A DNA stretch of 64,000 bases from Deltaproteobacteria bacterium TL4 (GTDB lineage Bacteria; SAR324; NAC60-12), in contig JBBCAX010000033.1 of NCBI GenBank assembly GCA_051382335.1, positions 32,001-96,000 of the forward strand, in the 5' to 3' direction. The notes beneath the pieces were generated by a model that was given only the letters and a program-made list of their open reading frames with translations, had not been told where the DNA came from and searched no databases. Both the position numbers and the translations under genes were made by a program. This document shows, piece after piece, positions 1 through 10,257 of the stretch (positions within the stretch are counted from its first letter, which is position 1; every line of letters starts with the position of its first letter).

Positions 1-1148
1 TCGCCACCATCTCCTGATAAGGATACAGTTACATGCTTTCGCGCCAATTTTGATACTAAAAAAGTGGGAATTTGGGAAGAATCGGCAAAGGGTTCATTCC
101 ATATTGTCGGAATTTGAGGAATAACCTCTAACAGATCTTTATGAGTTACATAGAGTTCTGTATGATCTGTTCCTAAATACTTTGCCACCTCTTTCGCATG
201 GTGCGCTTCATTATAGTCGCCTTCATTAAATCCTATGGCAAACGTTTTCACAGGGGTAGAACTTAATTCCTGCATCAAGGCCACAACTGCTGAAGAATCA
301 ATGCCTCCAGACAAAAAAGCACCTAGAGGCACATCAGAAAGCATTCTCAAGCTGACTGCGTCCCTAAGTAACTCTTCCAGTTGCTTGATGATTTCCTCCT
401 CGCTCCCTTTCCACATCTGTTTTGCTCCTTCTTGCCACAATTGAGGCAGGGACCAGTAAACCTGATGCTGCAATCCTTCAAGACCTAACTTTTGAAAGTC
501 CTCATACTTAATTCGCAGTATCGTTCCTGGTTCCAACTTAAAGATGTTTTTATAAATGGAATAGGGGGCGGGAACACAGTTATACCTGAAATACAAACAC
601 AGGGCATCTCTATCAATGGGATTATCAAAACCGGGATGCTCTTTGAGGGCTTTCAATTCCGAGCCAAACACGAAACTGTTGCCTACCAGTCCATAATACA
701 GAGGCTTAATTCCAATACGGTCTCGGATTAAAACAAGTTCACGCTTCTCACAATCCCATAAGGCGAACGCAAACATCCCAATGAATTTTTGAACTGCTTT
801 TTCAACCCCCCATTCTTCAATGGCTGCCAGCATAACTTCGGTATCTGAATGTCCTCGGAATTCATACCCTAACGTTCGCAGTTCTTTTTGAAGCATACGA
901 CAATTGTAAACTTCACCGTTGTAGCTGATTACATATCGTTTTGAGGCAGAGACCATCGGTTGATGGCCTTCAGGTGATAAATCCAGAATGGAAAGCCTAC
1001 GATGTCCTAAGACTAATCCTGTTGATGGATCGAACCAAATTCCAGCGTCATCGGGTCCACGATGTACCAAGGTTTGAAGCATTCGGTGGCATAACTTTTC
1101 TGCATCCTGATGAGGTGTTGATGGTAAAAATCCCGCAAATCCGCACAT
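1..1148 (-). CDS. asnB: Asparagine synthase-like glutamine amidotransferase (partial, runs off the left edge)
   Basis: Minus-strand read from ATG at 1148 gives MCGFAGF...HRGPDDAG...LGHRRLSILDLS...YNGEVYN...SDTEV...LSGGIDSS. Not in the ORF track because it is truncated. Confidence 0.9.
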   Translation of the reverse strand, partial: MCGFAGFLPSTPHQDAEKLCHRMLQTLVHRGPDDAGIWFDPSTGLVLGHRRLSILDLSPEGHQPMVSASKRYVISYNGEVYNCRMLQKELRTLGYEFRGHSDTEVMLAAIEEWGVEKAVQKFIGMFAFALWDCEKRELVLIRDRIGIKPLYYGLVGNSFVFGSELKALKEHPGFDNPIDRDALCLYFRYNCVPAPYSIYKNIFKLEPGTILRIKYEDFQKLGLEGLQHQVYWSLPQLWQEGAKQMWKGSEEEIIKQLEELLRDAVSLRMLSDVPLGAFLSGGIDSSAVVALMQELSSTPVKTFAIGFNEGDYNEAHHAKEVAKYLGTDHTELYVTHKDLLEVIPQIPTIWNEPFADSSQIPTFLVSKLARKHVTVSLSGDGG

Positions 1149-1373
1149 GATAATCTCGTATTATTGACCTTTATTTTCAGAAAAATATATACAACTCAGG
1201 TTCTCATTAGTGCTAAAATTTGAGAACGATTGGAGTGGGATACTCTGACGCAACATTTCTGGAAGATCCATATCCAGTGATCCTATTCGACTTTTCTAAT
1301 ATTTCCATATGTAATCGCACTCGCCCTACCAATTTTACTATTCTCGGATAGCCTTTTAGTGGGTGAGCGCATA

Positions 1374-2462
1374 TCAGTTCATAACACTGTTTATTAATAT
1401 TTCCCATTCCTTCATAATATTAGGAAGTTTTAATAGCTCCCGTATTTTACTTGCTTCTCTTCCGAACTGTTCACGCTCATTTTCGTTCAACATCAGACGT
1501 TTCATTGCAATACTCAACTCATAACTATTTTCAGGAGGCACAAGTAGTCCATTAACTCCATGTTGAATGATGTCACGGGGGCCGCTAGGGCAATCTGTGG
1601 ATATTACAGCCAACCCCCAGAACATCGCTTCACATAATGCATTGGGGAAACCTTCAAAGCGAGAAGCAAGAACAAAAAGATCTGCCTGTTCCAAGTAATT
1701 TTCTGGATCATGGACTCTTCCCATAAAAACGACCTTGTCGTTGAGTGAGAGTCGCCACGATAAGGTTTCAAGTTCCTGCCGCGACTCCCCTTCTCCTATA
1801 ATCCACAACTTCCAATCTGGAAAATCACTTGTAATCTTAGCAAAAGCTTCTATTAACAGATCAAATCCTTTTTGATGGGTAAGTCTGCCGAGAGCTACAA
1901 CGATTTTTCCGTGAGTCTTCGAAAAATCATTAGTTCTTTTGTAATTACAAAAGACAGGGTTGGGAATAACCTTTATTTTTTTTTTGAGATACTGAGGGTA
2001 ATATTCCTTTGCCTCTATGGTTTGTGTGACAATGACATTTGCACTTAAAAAAACATACTTTCTTAAAAATTTCCAAACGTTTCCCGGATTATATAAAATG
2101 GGGCTAATTCTTTCTGAAACGATTACTGGAATGTGCAGTCCTTTTGTTGCGATCAAAACCAATACATTCGTTCGATCCATAAAACTGATGACCACATCAG
2201 GATGATATTTTCTTATGCTTTGACGCAAAAGCCATAACCGCATCACATTGTTTTTGATTGCCTGAAATAGGGAGTTTGCGTTTTTAAGAAGTCCAAGCTT
2301 GTGATGGTTTACCTCTGGGTGCAATTCATAAAATGAGGACTCATTCGAAAAGGTAATGATTGTAATAGCCCAACCTTTTTCTACCCAATAATTAGCCATA
2401 GTACTCATCACCCTCTCAGCACCGCCAGCGCTAAGCGAAGAAATGACAAAAACAATTTTCAT
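1374..2462 (-). CDS. GT4 glycosyltransferase (AmsD/PglH/PglJ-like)
   Basis: MKIVFVISSLSAGGAERV, GRLTHQKGFDLL, EGFPNALCEAM. Start placed at the ATGA overlap with the upstream stop. Confidence 0.88.
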   Translation of the reverse strand: MKIVFVISSLSAGGAERVMSTMANYWVEKGWAITIITFSNESSFYELHPEVNHHKLGLLKNANSLFQAIKNNVMRLWLLRQSIRKYHPDVVISFMDRTNVLVLIATKGLHIPVIVSERISPILYNPGNVWKFLRKYVFLSANVIVTQTIEAKEYYPQYLKKKIKVIPNPVFCNYKRTNDFSKTHGKIVVALGRLTHQKGFDLLIEAFAKITSDFPDWKLWIIGEGESRQELETLSWRLSLNDKVVFMGRVHDPENYLEQADLFVLASRFEGFPNALCEAMFWGLAVISTDCPSGPRDIIQHGVNGLLVPPENSYELSIAMKRLMLNENEREQFGREASKIRELLKLPNIMKEWEILINSVMN

Positions 2463-3736
2463 GATACTTCTGTATTCGTTTGAGTCAATTCTTGATAGAT
2501 ACTTTGAACACGGCAAGAATAAGTATGTTGATCCATTATAGCTTCATAGGCTTGGTCAACAATTTTTTGACGATAACTTTCATCCATAAATTTTTCCAAC
2601 ACTTCATCAACGTTAGAAAAGTCTAAACGTAGTGCGATATAATGCTCATTGGGTATTAATATTCCATTATATTTTCCTTCAAACATGATTTGACATGTTT
2701 TTGTTCCAATCGCGTCAAAATGCCGAGAAGAAATACATTTTGAATAAACTGGTGCAGTATCTTTGTCCTGATAAAACTGATTATAGATTTCTTCAAAACT
2801 GATGGCATTCGCATCTATCGTTGTGGTTTCGTAAACATCTCGCTCACGGACAATTGATTTGGACGTTTTTGATAAAAGTGTGGATTTTATGAGGTTTTTT
2901 AGTCCTTGTGGTAAGTAGTCCCACATTTTCAAAATAAAAGAGGAATCGTCAACAACCATTGAGGAGGTATCTTTTTTTGATTTTTCCAAGATATATGCCT
3001 GAATGGCTTGAACCGTATCATCATCTCTCTCCAGAAACCATGATCCCGCCTCTGTCGCCAAAGTACCTTTACAACGATTCAAAAAGTCGGCCCATCCTTC
3101 GCGATTAAAACGCTGGTCATGGTTCGTACTAAAGTCTTTTTTCAAATGAGGCAAAACTTGGTCTTGGCTAAAATAATTCAACAGCTGGTTCCGTTCGTTA
3201 TCCCCTAAAAAAACGGAATATTTATACGTTCGAACCCCCAAATCAATCAATCGTTGTGGTTGAGGAATGACAGGCTGAAACGCTTCTGGATTTAAGGCAT
3301 GGGGTAATGCGATCACTTTTGAGTGAGAACATGCTTCAAAAAGCCATTTGCCAGCTTCAAGAGGAAGTTGAGTCCCTATATAATCAGCGTTAATGTCCTG
3401 AATGAATTGTATTTTATGTTTCATGGATACGCCGGGCAAGTTGACTTCGTTTCCGACGAAGGTCAGTAGTTTTGCCTTTCTATCCTTGAGAACATTTTTT
3501 AGAGGTTCTAAATAACTCAAAGTATCAGCATTTGTTGAGTGTAATAATACAATAAACTCATACTCCTTGATCGTTTTACGGAGTTTAGAAACATCTTCCG
3601 GATTACAAAGATTCAGGATATCTGTATTAAACTGTTTGGATTGAACAAAAGCGTCAATCCAATCGTTATAATACGACAGGGTTTGCGTGTAGAGAGCATA
3701 TAGCACTAATGTGCGTATTTGTGAAACAACCATCAT
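2459..3736 (-). CDS. Putative glycosyltransferase (CgeB/Glyco_trans_1_2-like C-terminus)
   Basis: ISSRHFDAIGTKTCQIMFEG...HTYSCRV C-terminal motif; operon context; paralog of 8935-10197. Confidence 0.6.
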   Translation of the reverse strand: MMVVSQIRTLVLYALYTQTLSYYNDWIDAFVQSKQFNTDILNLCNPEDVSKLRKTIKEYEFIVLLHSTNADTLSYLEPLKNVLKDRKAKLLTFVGNEVNLPGVSMKHKIQFIQDINADYIGTQLPLEAGKWLFEACSHSKVIALPHALNPEAFQPVIPQPQRLIDLGVRTYKYSVFLGDNERNQLLNYFSQDQVLPHLKKDFSTNHDQRFNREGWADFLNRCKGTLATEAGSWFLERDDDTVQAIQAYILEKSKKDTSSMVVDDSSFILKMWDYLPQGLKNLIKSTLLSKTSKSIVRERDVYETTTIDANAISFEEIYNQFYQDKDTAPVYSKCISSRHFDAIGTKTCQIMFEGKYNGILIPNEHYIALRLDFSNVDEVLEKFMDESYRQKIVDQAYEAIMDQHTYSCRVQSIYQELTQTNTEVS

Positions 3737-3780
3737 CTCGTCACTTTATTGAGGAATTAAAAGGAAGGAAATCAAAAAAA

Positions 3781-4818
3781 TTAAAGATACGCTTGATGCT
3801 TCGCCATGGTTGCTTCAATAAGACTCAAATTTTCTTGAGTCCATTGTATGGTTCGTTTCAATCCTTCTTCCAAAGGAACTTCCGCAGAAAAGCCTAATTG
3901 ATCCCTTGCCTTAGAAGGATCACCAAAGCGTTTACCTGACCGATCCCAGTCTCTTTTGGGTTTCAGTGCGATTGGAGTAGGATTTCCAGTAAATTCATTA
4001 ATCTGCTGCGCCAAATCGTGAATAGTTGTCTCATACCCACTTGCCAGATTATAAACCTCACCTACACCACCTTTTAGCGCACATGCAGCCAAACCTTTGG
4101 CAATATCTTCAACATAAATAAAATCCCGGGTGGCAATTCCTCCATTCTCTATCGGCAACGCTTCCTGCTTTAAGGCCTTGTAAATGAAAGTTGGAGTAAC
4201 ATTTCTCCAAACCGTCGCCGGGGTTCCTCTCCATTTTCCCGCACCCAAAATTTCGCCAGGACCATAGACATTCTGAAACCGGGCTTTTACAAAGGGCATC
4301 CCATATTGTCGGGCAAAATAATTCCCATAAAATTCACCAATAATCTTGGAAATAGAATAGGGACTATCCATATACAAGGAAACAGGCGCATCCTCTGAAG
4401 TTGCTTGAGCTTGATCAAACGTTTTTTCAGCAACAGCACACCCCGCGGAAGAATAAACAATCTTTTTCAGACTTTTAAAATCTTTAACATGATTGAATAA
4501 TTTCAACGAGGTCAGTGTGTTGTTCTCATGGTCCGCTAATGGATCATGAATGGAACTTTGATTTCCATGATAAGTCGAGAGATGGAAAATATAATCGATA
4601 TCATCATTCAGCTTTGCCAAAATACGATCATCTGTGATGGAACCTTCAATAAAGTCAACTCTCTGATCATCAGGAATATTCACCTTTTCCGCAGAAAGCA
4701 GGTTATCTACAACAAGGATTTGCTGACATTGATTCCTCAGTAAATTACGTACTAAATTACTTCCAACAAAGCCCGCACCTCCAACAACAACTATTTTTCG
4801 ATTTTCGAAATTTTCCAT
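3781..4818 (-). CDS. NAD-dependent sugar epimerase, WbmF-like extended SDR
   Basis: GGAGFVGS, YSISK, and the TYHGNQSSIHDPLADHENN segment that I recall from Bordetella WbmF. Confidence 0.85.
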   Translation of the reverse strand: MENFENRKIVVVGGAGFVGSNLVRNLLRNQCQQILVVDNLLSAEKVNIPDDQRVDFIEGSITDDRILAKLNDDIDYIFHLSTYHGNQSSIHDPLADHENNTLTSLKLFNHVKDFKSLKKIVYSSAGCAVAEKTFDQAQATSEDAPVSLYMDSPYSISKIIGEFYGNYFARQYGMPFVKARFQNVYGPGEILGAGKWRGTPATVWRNVTPTFIYKALKQEALPIENGGIATRDFIYVEDIAKGLAACALKGGVGEVYNLASGYETTIHDLAQQINEFTGNPTPIALKPKRDWDRSGKRFGDPSKARDQLGFSAEVPLEEGLKRTIQWTQENLSLIEATMAKHQAYL

Positions 4819-4828
4819 AACACTCTTT

Positions 4829-5761
4829 CTAATCTTTTAATTTTAAATGGGTAAAGGTTAGCTCAATACCGAACTCTTGATAATATTCAATTGCTTTTTT
4901 TACTCCGACTTTCAACGGAGTTGTAATTTCCCAATCAAAATCCTGATTGGTTTTCGATGGATCCAACAAGATGGAAAAAACATCATCGGGATTACGGGGG
5001 CGTTCTTCAACAGGTTCCTTCAGTGTTACGCCTAAAGCAGAGACGGTTGCGTCAAACAATTCCTTAATGGAGTAATCCTTACCCGATGAAACGTGATAAT
5101 AGCCCTTACCTTTTCCATCCAAGGCTTTTTCAACGACATCAATCAAATCTTGTACATAAATGAAGTCTCGTCGAGTGTCCATCACAAAACATTTTTTCCC
5201 ACTGGTTAAACGTTGGAAAAAGGTAGGAAGCGGACCTGAGATATTTCGTGGGCCATAAGCATTTGCCAGCCGGAAAGAAACAAAGTTCAACCCTGACAAC
5301 TCAATATAGTGCTCTGCAGAAGTTTTACTGATAGCATAACTACTACCACGTGGATTGAAAGGATGACTGAGCGTGATGGGTTGCTCTTGAGGATGTAAAC
5401 CATATCCCAACGCCGTTTGAAAATATATAAACCGCTCTACTTTTAATTTTTGAGAAGCACGAAGTACATTAATGGTACCGATGATGTTGGTATTAGCATC
5501 TTCAATCCAATTTTCGGGATCTTTGTAAGATGCAGCCGCATGAACTACATGTGTCGGTTGAAATTCTTGAAAGGTCTGAGTGACAAGTTCAGCATCCGCA
5601 ATGGTTCCTTCAATAATTTTAAGATTTTTGTGTTTTATTAAATTGTCTCGACGACCTGTTGAATAATTATCAATAACACAGACCTGCACATTTTTTGCTA
5701 ACAATCGATCTGTCAAATGGGACCCAACGAAACCTGAGCCTCCTGTAATCAAAACTTTCAT
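4829..5761 (-). CDS. NAD-dependent sugar epimerase/oxidoreductase, WbmG/WbmH-like SDR
   Basis: GGSGFVGS, AASYKDP-W, YFQTAL-YG, YAISK. Confidence 0.85.
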   Translation of the reverse strand: MKVLITGGSGFVGSHLTDRLLAKNVQVCVIDNYSTGRRDNLIKHKNLKIIEGTIADAELVTQTFQEFQPTHVVHAAASYKDPENWIEDANTNIIGTINVLRASQKLKVERFIYFQTALGYGLHPQEQPITLSHPFNPRGSSYAISKTSAEHYIELSGLNFVSFRLANAYGPRNISGPLPTFFQRLTSGKKCFVMDTRRDFIYVQDLIDVVEKALDGKGKGYYHVSSGKDYSIKELFDATVSALGVTLKEPVEERPRNPDDVFSILLDPSKTNQDFDWEITTPLKVGVKKAIEYYQEFGIELTFTHLKLKD

Positions 5762-7671
5762 ACATTCTCCTTTAATAACTGGTGATATTTATCGGCTTGA
5801 TCATGAAATTCCTGCATCCATAACTCCAGAGATAAAAGACCCCATATTTTTCTGCTGAATTTGCCTTCTTGATTCAAGCGGCTTAAAATGACATCGGAAT
5901 TAAAATACTTCCTTTGTCTTGCACTCTGAGTGTTGAAAATGTCACATACAAACTCCCGTAACTCTCCTTGCATCCATTCGTTAAGAGGAACCGGAAACCC
6001 CATTTTATCTTTACGATTCACAATAGAATCCGGCAGAATATGATCAAAAGACTTGATAAGCAAGCGCTTTAGGGTTCCGTCCTTAAATTTAATATCGGCA
6101 GGAATTGTTGCCACCAATTCGACGAGAGGATGATCCAGAAAAGGAACGCGGGACTCCAACCCATGAGCCATACTCATCCTATCCTCAACTTGAAGTAATG
6201 CGGGAAGCAACGTTTTAAAATCAAAATGAGTCATTAAATCAAAATAGGACTCATGTTGAACATTATTTCCGAGAAATATTTCTCGGAATGTGTCTTCCGG
6301 TGAGTAACTCCCCAGCTCCTGCCAACGAATCTCTTCCTTAAGTGTGGGGGCACGATCCACTAAACTAAAATATCGCTTTTCCAGAGAATCAAAAAGACCC
6401 TTACTCCAAAATTGCTTTAGCAAAGGCTTATATTGCTGCAATGTGACCAGATTGGGTATAATTGACTCATAAGTAACAATAAAATTCCCATTTTGTAATG
6501 AACCTTCAATCCCACCTTTAATACACTGTTCGAAATAAGCGATCAGGTAACGCGCATATCCTCCAAAAATTTCATCACCACCTTGTCCTCCAAGCACCAC
6601 TTTACGATGCTGACTTGCCAACTGTGATACCTGATACTGAGGAAAAGATCCAGGCCCCGCCACAGGAACATCCAAATGATAAATAACCTTTTGAATATTA
6701 TCGATAAAATTTTGACTGGAAATATCAATTTCCAGTAAAATCATCTGATACATTTCTGCCAAATCACGGGCATATTGGCTTTCATCATACTCTGGACCGT
6801 AAGTAAATTTGCCAGTAAAGGCATAAAAGGGAGCTTCTGTATACTTTGTGGCCATTGCCGCACTAATTCCTGAATCTCGCCCTCCACTGACATAAGCCCC
6901 AACGGGGACATCACTCCTCAGATGTAAACTGATGGATTCTTCCAACAAAGCCCTTACTTTTTCAACAAAATACTTTTCAGTATGATACCAATCGAGATCA
7001 TAATAAACCTCCCAATATTTTTTAATCTTAAGCTCTCCATTTTGAACCAACAAAAAATGTCCAGGTAAAAGCTGTTTAACCCCTTGAAATAAAGTCTTTT
7101 CTCCAAGAGTAAATTGAAAAGCCAAATAATCCTTCAAACCGCTTTCATCAGTTTCAATAACTGGCAGAAAAGGTAACAGCGTTTTTATCTCTGATGCCAG
7201 ATAAAGAGTTTTCTCTACAACTGTATAATAGAAAGGTTTAATGCCAAAACGATCACGAGCACAAAACAATCGTTGCTTCTGCTCGTCCCATAAGGCAAAC
7301 GAAAACATCCCACGAAATTTTGCCAGGCAATCAACACCCCAGCGTTCGTAAGCGTTCAACAATACTTCTGTGTCCGAAGTGGTTTGAAATTCCTCTTCTC
7401 CAAGTTCCTTACGCAACTCGATGTAGTTATAAATTTCACCATTATAAGAAACCACATTTCCATTGGGGGATTTCATGGGTTGCTGACCAGTTTCCAAATC
7501 AATAATACTCAATCTTACATGAGATAGTCCCAAATTTTTTTTTGGATGCTCCCACACCCCCTCACCATCGGGTCCCCTATGTTTTTGCAAATGGTTCATC
7601 ACTTCTAAAGAGTGAACAATATCACGATGCCCCTGCTGATCTAAATCGATAATTCCGGCAATTCCACACAT
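5758..7671 (-). CDS. asnB: Asparagine synthase-like amidotransferase (WbmI/WbpS-type sugar amidation)
   Basis: MCGIAG N-terminal Cys, HRGPD, RDRFGIKP, SGGRDS, GQGGDEIFGGY, RVPFLD. Confidence 0.9.
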   Translation of the reverse strand: MCGIAGIIDLDQQGHRDIVHSLEVMNHLQKHRGPDGEGVWEHPKKNLGLSHVRLSIIDLETGQQPMKSPNGNVVSYNGEIYNYIELRKELGEEEFQTTSDTEVLLNAYERWGVDCLAKFRGMFSFALWDEQKQRLFCARDRFGIKPFYYTVVEKTLYLASEIKTLLPFLPVIETDESGLKDYLAFQFTLGEKTLFQGVKQLLPGHFLLVQNGELKIKKYWEVYYDLDWYHTEKYFVEKVRALLEESISLHLRSDVPVGAYVSGGRDSGISAAMATKYTEAPFYAFTGKFTYGPEYDESQYARDLAEMYQMILLEIDISSQNFIDNIQKVIYHLDVPVAGPGSFPQYQVSQLASQHRKVVLGGQGGDEIFGGYARYLIAYFEQCIKGGIEGSLQNGNFIVTYESIIPNLVTLQQYKPLLKQFWSKGLFDSLEKRYFSLVDRAPTLKEEIRWQELGSYSPEDTFREIFLGNNVQHESYFDLMTHFDFKTLLPALLQVEDRMSMAHGLESRVPFLDHPLVELVATIPADIKFKDGTLKRLLIKSFDHILPDSIVNRKDKMGFPVPLNEWMQGELREFVCDIFNTQSARQRKYFNSDVILSRLNQEGKFSRKIWGLLSLELWMQEFHDQADKYHQLLKENV

Positions 7672-7707
7672 AGCTAATTTTACTTTCCTTTTCTTGTTTT
7701 TTTCTAA

Positions 7708-8895
7708 TCATCCAAATAATTGAAAAAGATTTTCTACAATCATTTGAGCCGCTTTTCCATCACCATATAATGCAGACTCTTCTCTCAGTATATTCTTGAA
7801 AGGAGCTATATGTGGAGAATTTCTGTTTAAGCCTATTCTTCCATTTTGAATAATTTTTTCATAATCACTACTGACGACAATATTCCATCCAGCCTCGACC
7901 GTTTCAACCCACTCGGTTTGATCTCTAAAAGTAACACATGGTTTTTGGAAAAAATAGGCTTCTTTCTGAACACCACCTGAATCGGTACAAATCAGACGAC
8001 ACTGTTTTTCCAGTAAAATCATTTCCAGATAAGAAACAGGCTCACAAATAATGAGTGATTGAGCATAACTGTTGAGAACCTGGTGTTTTTTAATAATTTT
8101 TTTACTACGAGGATGTAAGGGTAAAACTACCGGAAAATCTTTTGTTAATTCACTCAACGCCGATAATATTGATTGAAAACGCTCAATATCGTCTGTGTTT
8201 TCCGCTCGATGAATCGTTGCAAGTATAAAAGGAAGAACTTCATCTCCCGTTCCAGAAAGATTTAATCTTGCCAACAAATTTCTCTTACTATCCGACAGTG
8301 GCGCATAATAAAGCACACAGTCATACATCACATCCCCACTTTGAATCATTGCTGGAGAATCGTTGGTGGGCGCTGTTTTTGTAGTATTAGGGACAAAACC
8401 TTCTTTCTTGAGATTATCAATAGAAACCTGCGTAGGACAAAAAAATACCGATGAAAGATGATCGGTTAAAACCCGATTTTGTTCTTCAGGCATTTTTTTA
8501 TTATAAGAACGCAATCCCGCTTCTACGTGGGCAATCGGAATGTGTAATTTACTGGCGGCAAGGGCTCCCGCCAATGTTGAGTTGGTATCGCCATAGACCA
8601 AGACAACATCAGGTTTGCTTTCCTCAAAGATGTCCTCAAGCTTACTGAGCATTTCTCCTGTTTGCGCTCCATGCTTTCCCGAACCCACTTGAAGATTAAT
8701 ACTTGGATGCGGAATACACATCTCCTGGAAAAAGACCTCGGACATGCCGGCATCATAGTGTTGCCCTGTATGAATAATATCTTCAGCAATGATCTTGTCC
8801 TCAGAAACATTCTGATTCCATAGGTTGATTTCACGACTTACCGCGGCAGCTTTAATGAATTGAGGTCTTGCTCCTACAACTGTTATTATTTTCAT
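7708..8895 (-). CDS. wecB: Non-hydrolysing UDP-GlcNAc 2-epimerase family (WbpI/WlbD-like)
   Basis: VGARPQFIK, HTGQHYD, GDTNSTLA, HVEAGLRS, TDSGGVQKEA. Confidence 0.9.
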   Translation of the reverse strand: MKIITVVGARPQFIKAAAVSREINLWNQNVSEDKIIAEDIIHTGQHYDAGMSEVFFQEMCIPHPSINLQVGSGKHGAQTGEMLSKLEDIFEESKPDVVLVYGDTNSTLAGALAASKLHIPIAHVEAGLRSYNKKMPEEQNRVLTDHLSSVFFCPTQVSIDNLKKEGFVPNTTKTAPTNDSPAMIQSGDVMYDCVLYYAPLSDSKRNLLARLNLSGTGDEVLPFILATIHRAENTDDIERFQSILSALSELTKDFPVVLPLHPRSKKIIKKHQVLNSYAQSLIICEPVSYLEMILLEKQCRLICTDSGGVQKEAYFFQKPCVTFRDQTEWVETVEAGWNIVVSSDYEKIIQNGRIGLNRNSPHIAPFKNILREESALYGDGKAAQMIVENLFQLFG

Positions 8896-8934
8896 CTATT
8901 TCTTTCTATTTAGAATGGAATCGAGTGCACCCTA

Positions 8935-10197
8935 TCACTGTCCCCGCAATAAACGCTTTACTCTTCCCGCATATCCTCTTACTTTTTTGTATTGCATAAA
9001 AACATGCATCCTGTAGGGAAACATTCTATTATATTCTTGAACCCATAACAGGTAAAATGAATCCATTGGTTGTTTTTTAGCAGGCTCAAAACATTGATCA
9101 CGAACACTGTTCAGGACCTTTTCAACAAATTTTCGATACGTGTATCGACCCGATAAAACGATATCCTGGTAGGCAACTTCGGCAATTTTCTCACAAAATT
9201 CAACATCTTTAATTTTTTTAATCACCTCTTCCAGGTTACTCCAGTCCTTCTTGATTTCTATGTAATGAACACCCGCTTTAAAAATACCATCGTACTCGCC
9301 CTCTACTAAAGCCTGACAGGTTTTAGTAATACAGCACTCATAATGTCTAGGAGAAATTGCAAACAGTTTTAAGTTGTTATCTTGTCCTTCAAAACATTGT
9401 TTTTCTGCTTCTTCAAAGTTGGCATCAGGATACTGTTGTGTATAAGCATCAACTCGTCGACGTATTGCACCATCAGGGTCATGCATACTCGCTCCCCCCT
9501 CACAACCGAGAACAACCCTGCATCTTAGAAGGAAATTATACCAATCTTTTCCAGTAAACACATCGGCAGGATCGCAAGATATATCCATCTTCAAACCCGA
9601 ACCCTCTGCCGCATTACACACTTTCTCTGCAAGCAGATGTTTATACTGCCCGTGATGCCCCAACCAATAAGGGATCTTTCTCGCACGATACCCTATATCA
9701 ATATCCCGCTGGTGATGCGGTGTGTTTTTAACCTGACTTTGAAGTTCTTTCAAAGCATCCTCATCAATATACCCTGTCGTGACGGTTACATACTGTTCAA
9801 GCCCCGATTCCTTTTGAGGATAAACTTTCTGATACTCAGATTCAGGAAGACAGGTGAAGATGGTTTTGACTCCAAATTCTTTAAGAAAAAAGTTAATATA
9901 ATTGGAGTTCATATATTCATCCTGGTGTATTGCCACCTTATAACCATGTACTTTTTTAAGTCTTCTACACTCCTTTTGAATCTGTAAGAATTCATCAGAA
10001 TTCCATTTCATTGCTAAAAAAGTATAGTGATAAATCACCAAATCAAAATGAATTTTCTCTACAAAAGGAGGTAACGATAGAGAAGCATTAACATAATAAC
10101 AATCTTCTCCCGAGTATCGCGCAAAGCTGAACAAGTGCTCATCGATTGTGTTCCTGATGTTTTTTTCCCGAATATAATAAATAATGAGAATTTTCAT
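8935..10197 (-). CDS. Putative glycosyltransferase, paralog of 2459-3736
   Basis: Shared motifs: DIGYR, CRVVLGCEGGAS, ISPRHYE...TKTCQALVEGEY. Confidence 0.55.
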   Translation of the reverse strand: MKILIIYYIREKNIRNTIDEHLFSFARYSGEDCYYVNASLSLPPFVEKIHFDLVIYHYTFLAMKWNSDEFLQIQKECRRLKKVHGYKVAIHQDEYMNSNYINFFLKEFGVKTIFTCLPESEYQKVYPQKESGLEQYVTVTTGYIDEDALKELQSQVKNTPHHQRDIDIGYRARKIPYWLGHHGQYKHLLAEKVCNAAEGSGLKMDISCDPADVFTGKDWYNFLLRCRVVLGCEGGASMHDPDGAIRRRVDAYTQQYPDANFEEAEKQCFEGQDNNLKLFAISPRHYECCITKTCQALVEGEYDGIFKAGVHYIEIKKDWSNLEEVIKKIKDVEFCEKIAEVAYQDIVLSGRYTYRKFVEKVLNSVRDQCFEPAKKQPMDSFYLLWVQEYNRMFPYRMHVFMQYKKVRGYAGRVKRLLRGQ

Positions 10198-10257
10198 TCA
10201 AAATTACGCTGATTGAGGATAACAAGAAAGCAACCCCTAAAACATTCGCACAGATTG

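Noticed and set aside
235..1150. Short plus-strand ORFs at the left edge, and similar short antisense ORFs throughout the window
   Set aside because: They overlap well-supported genes on the opposite strand or in another frame
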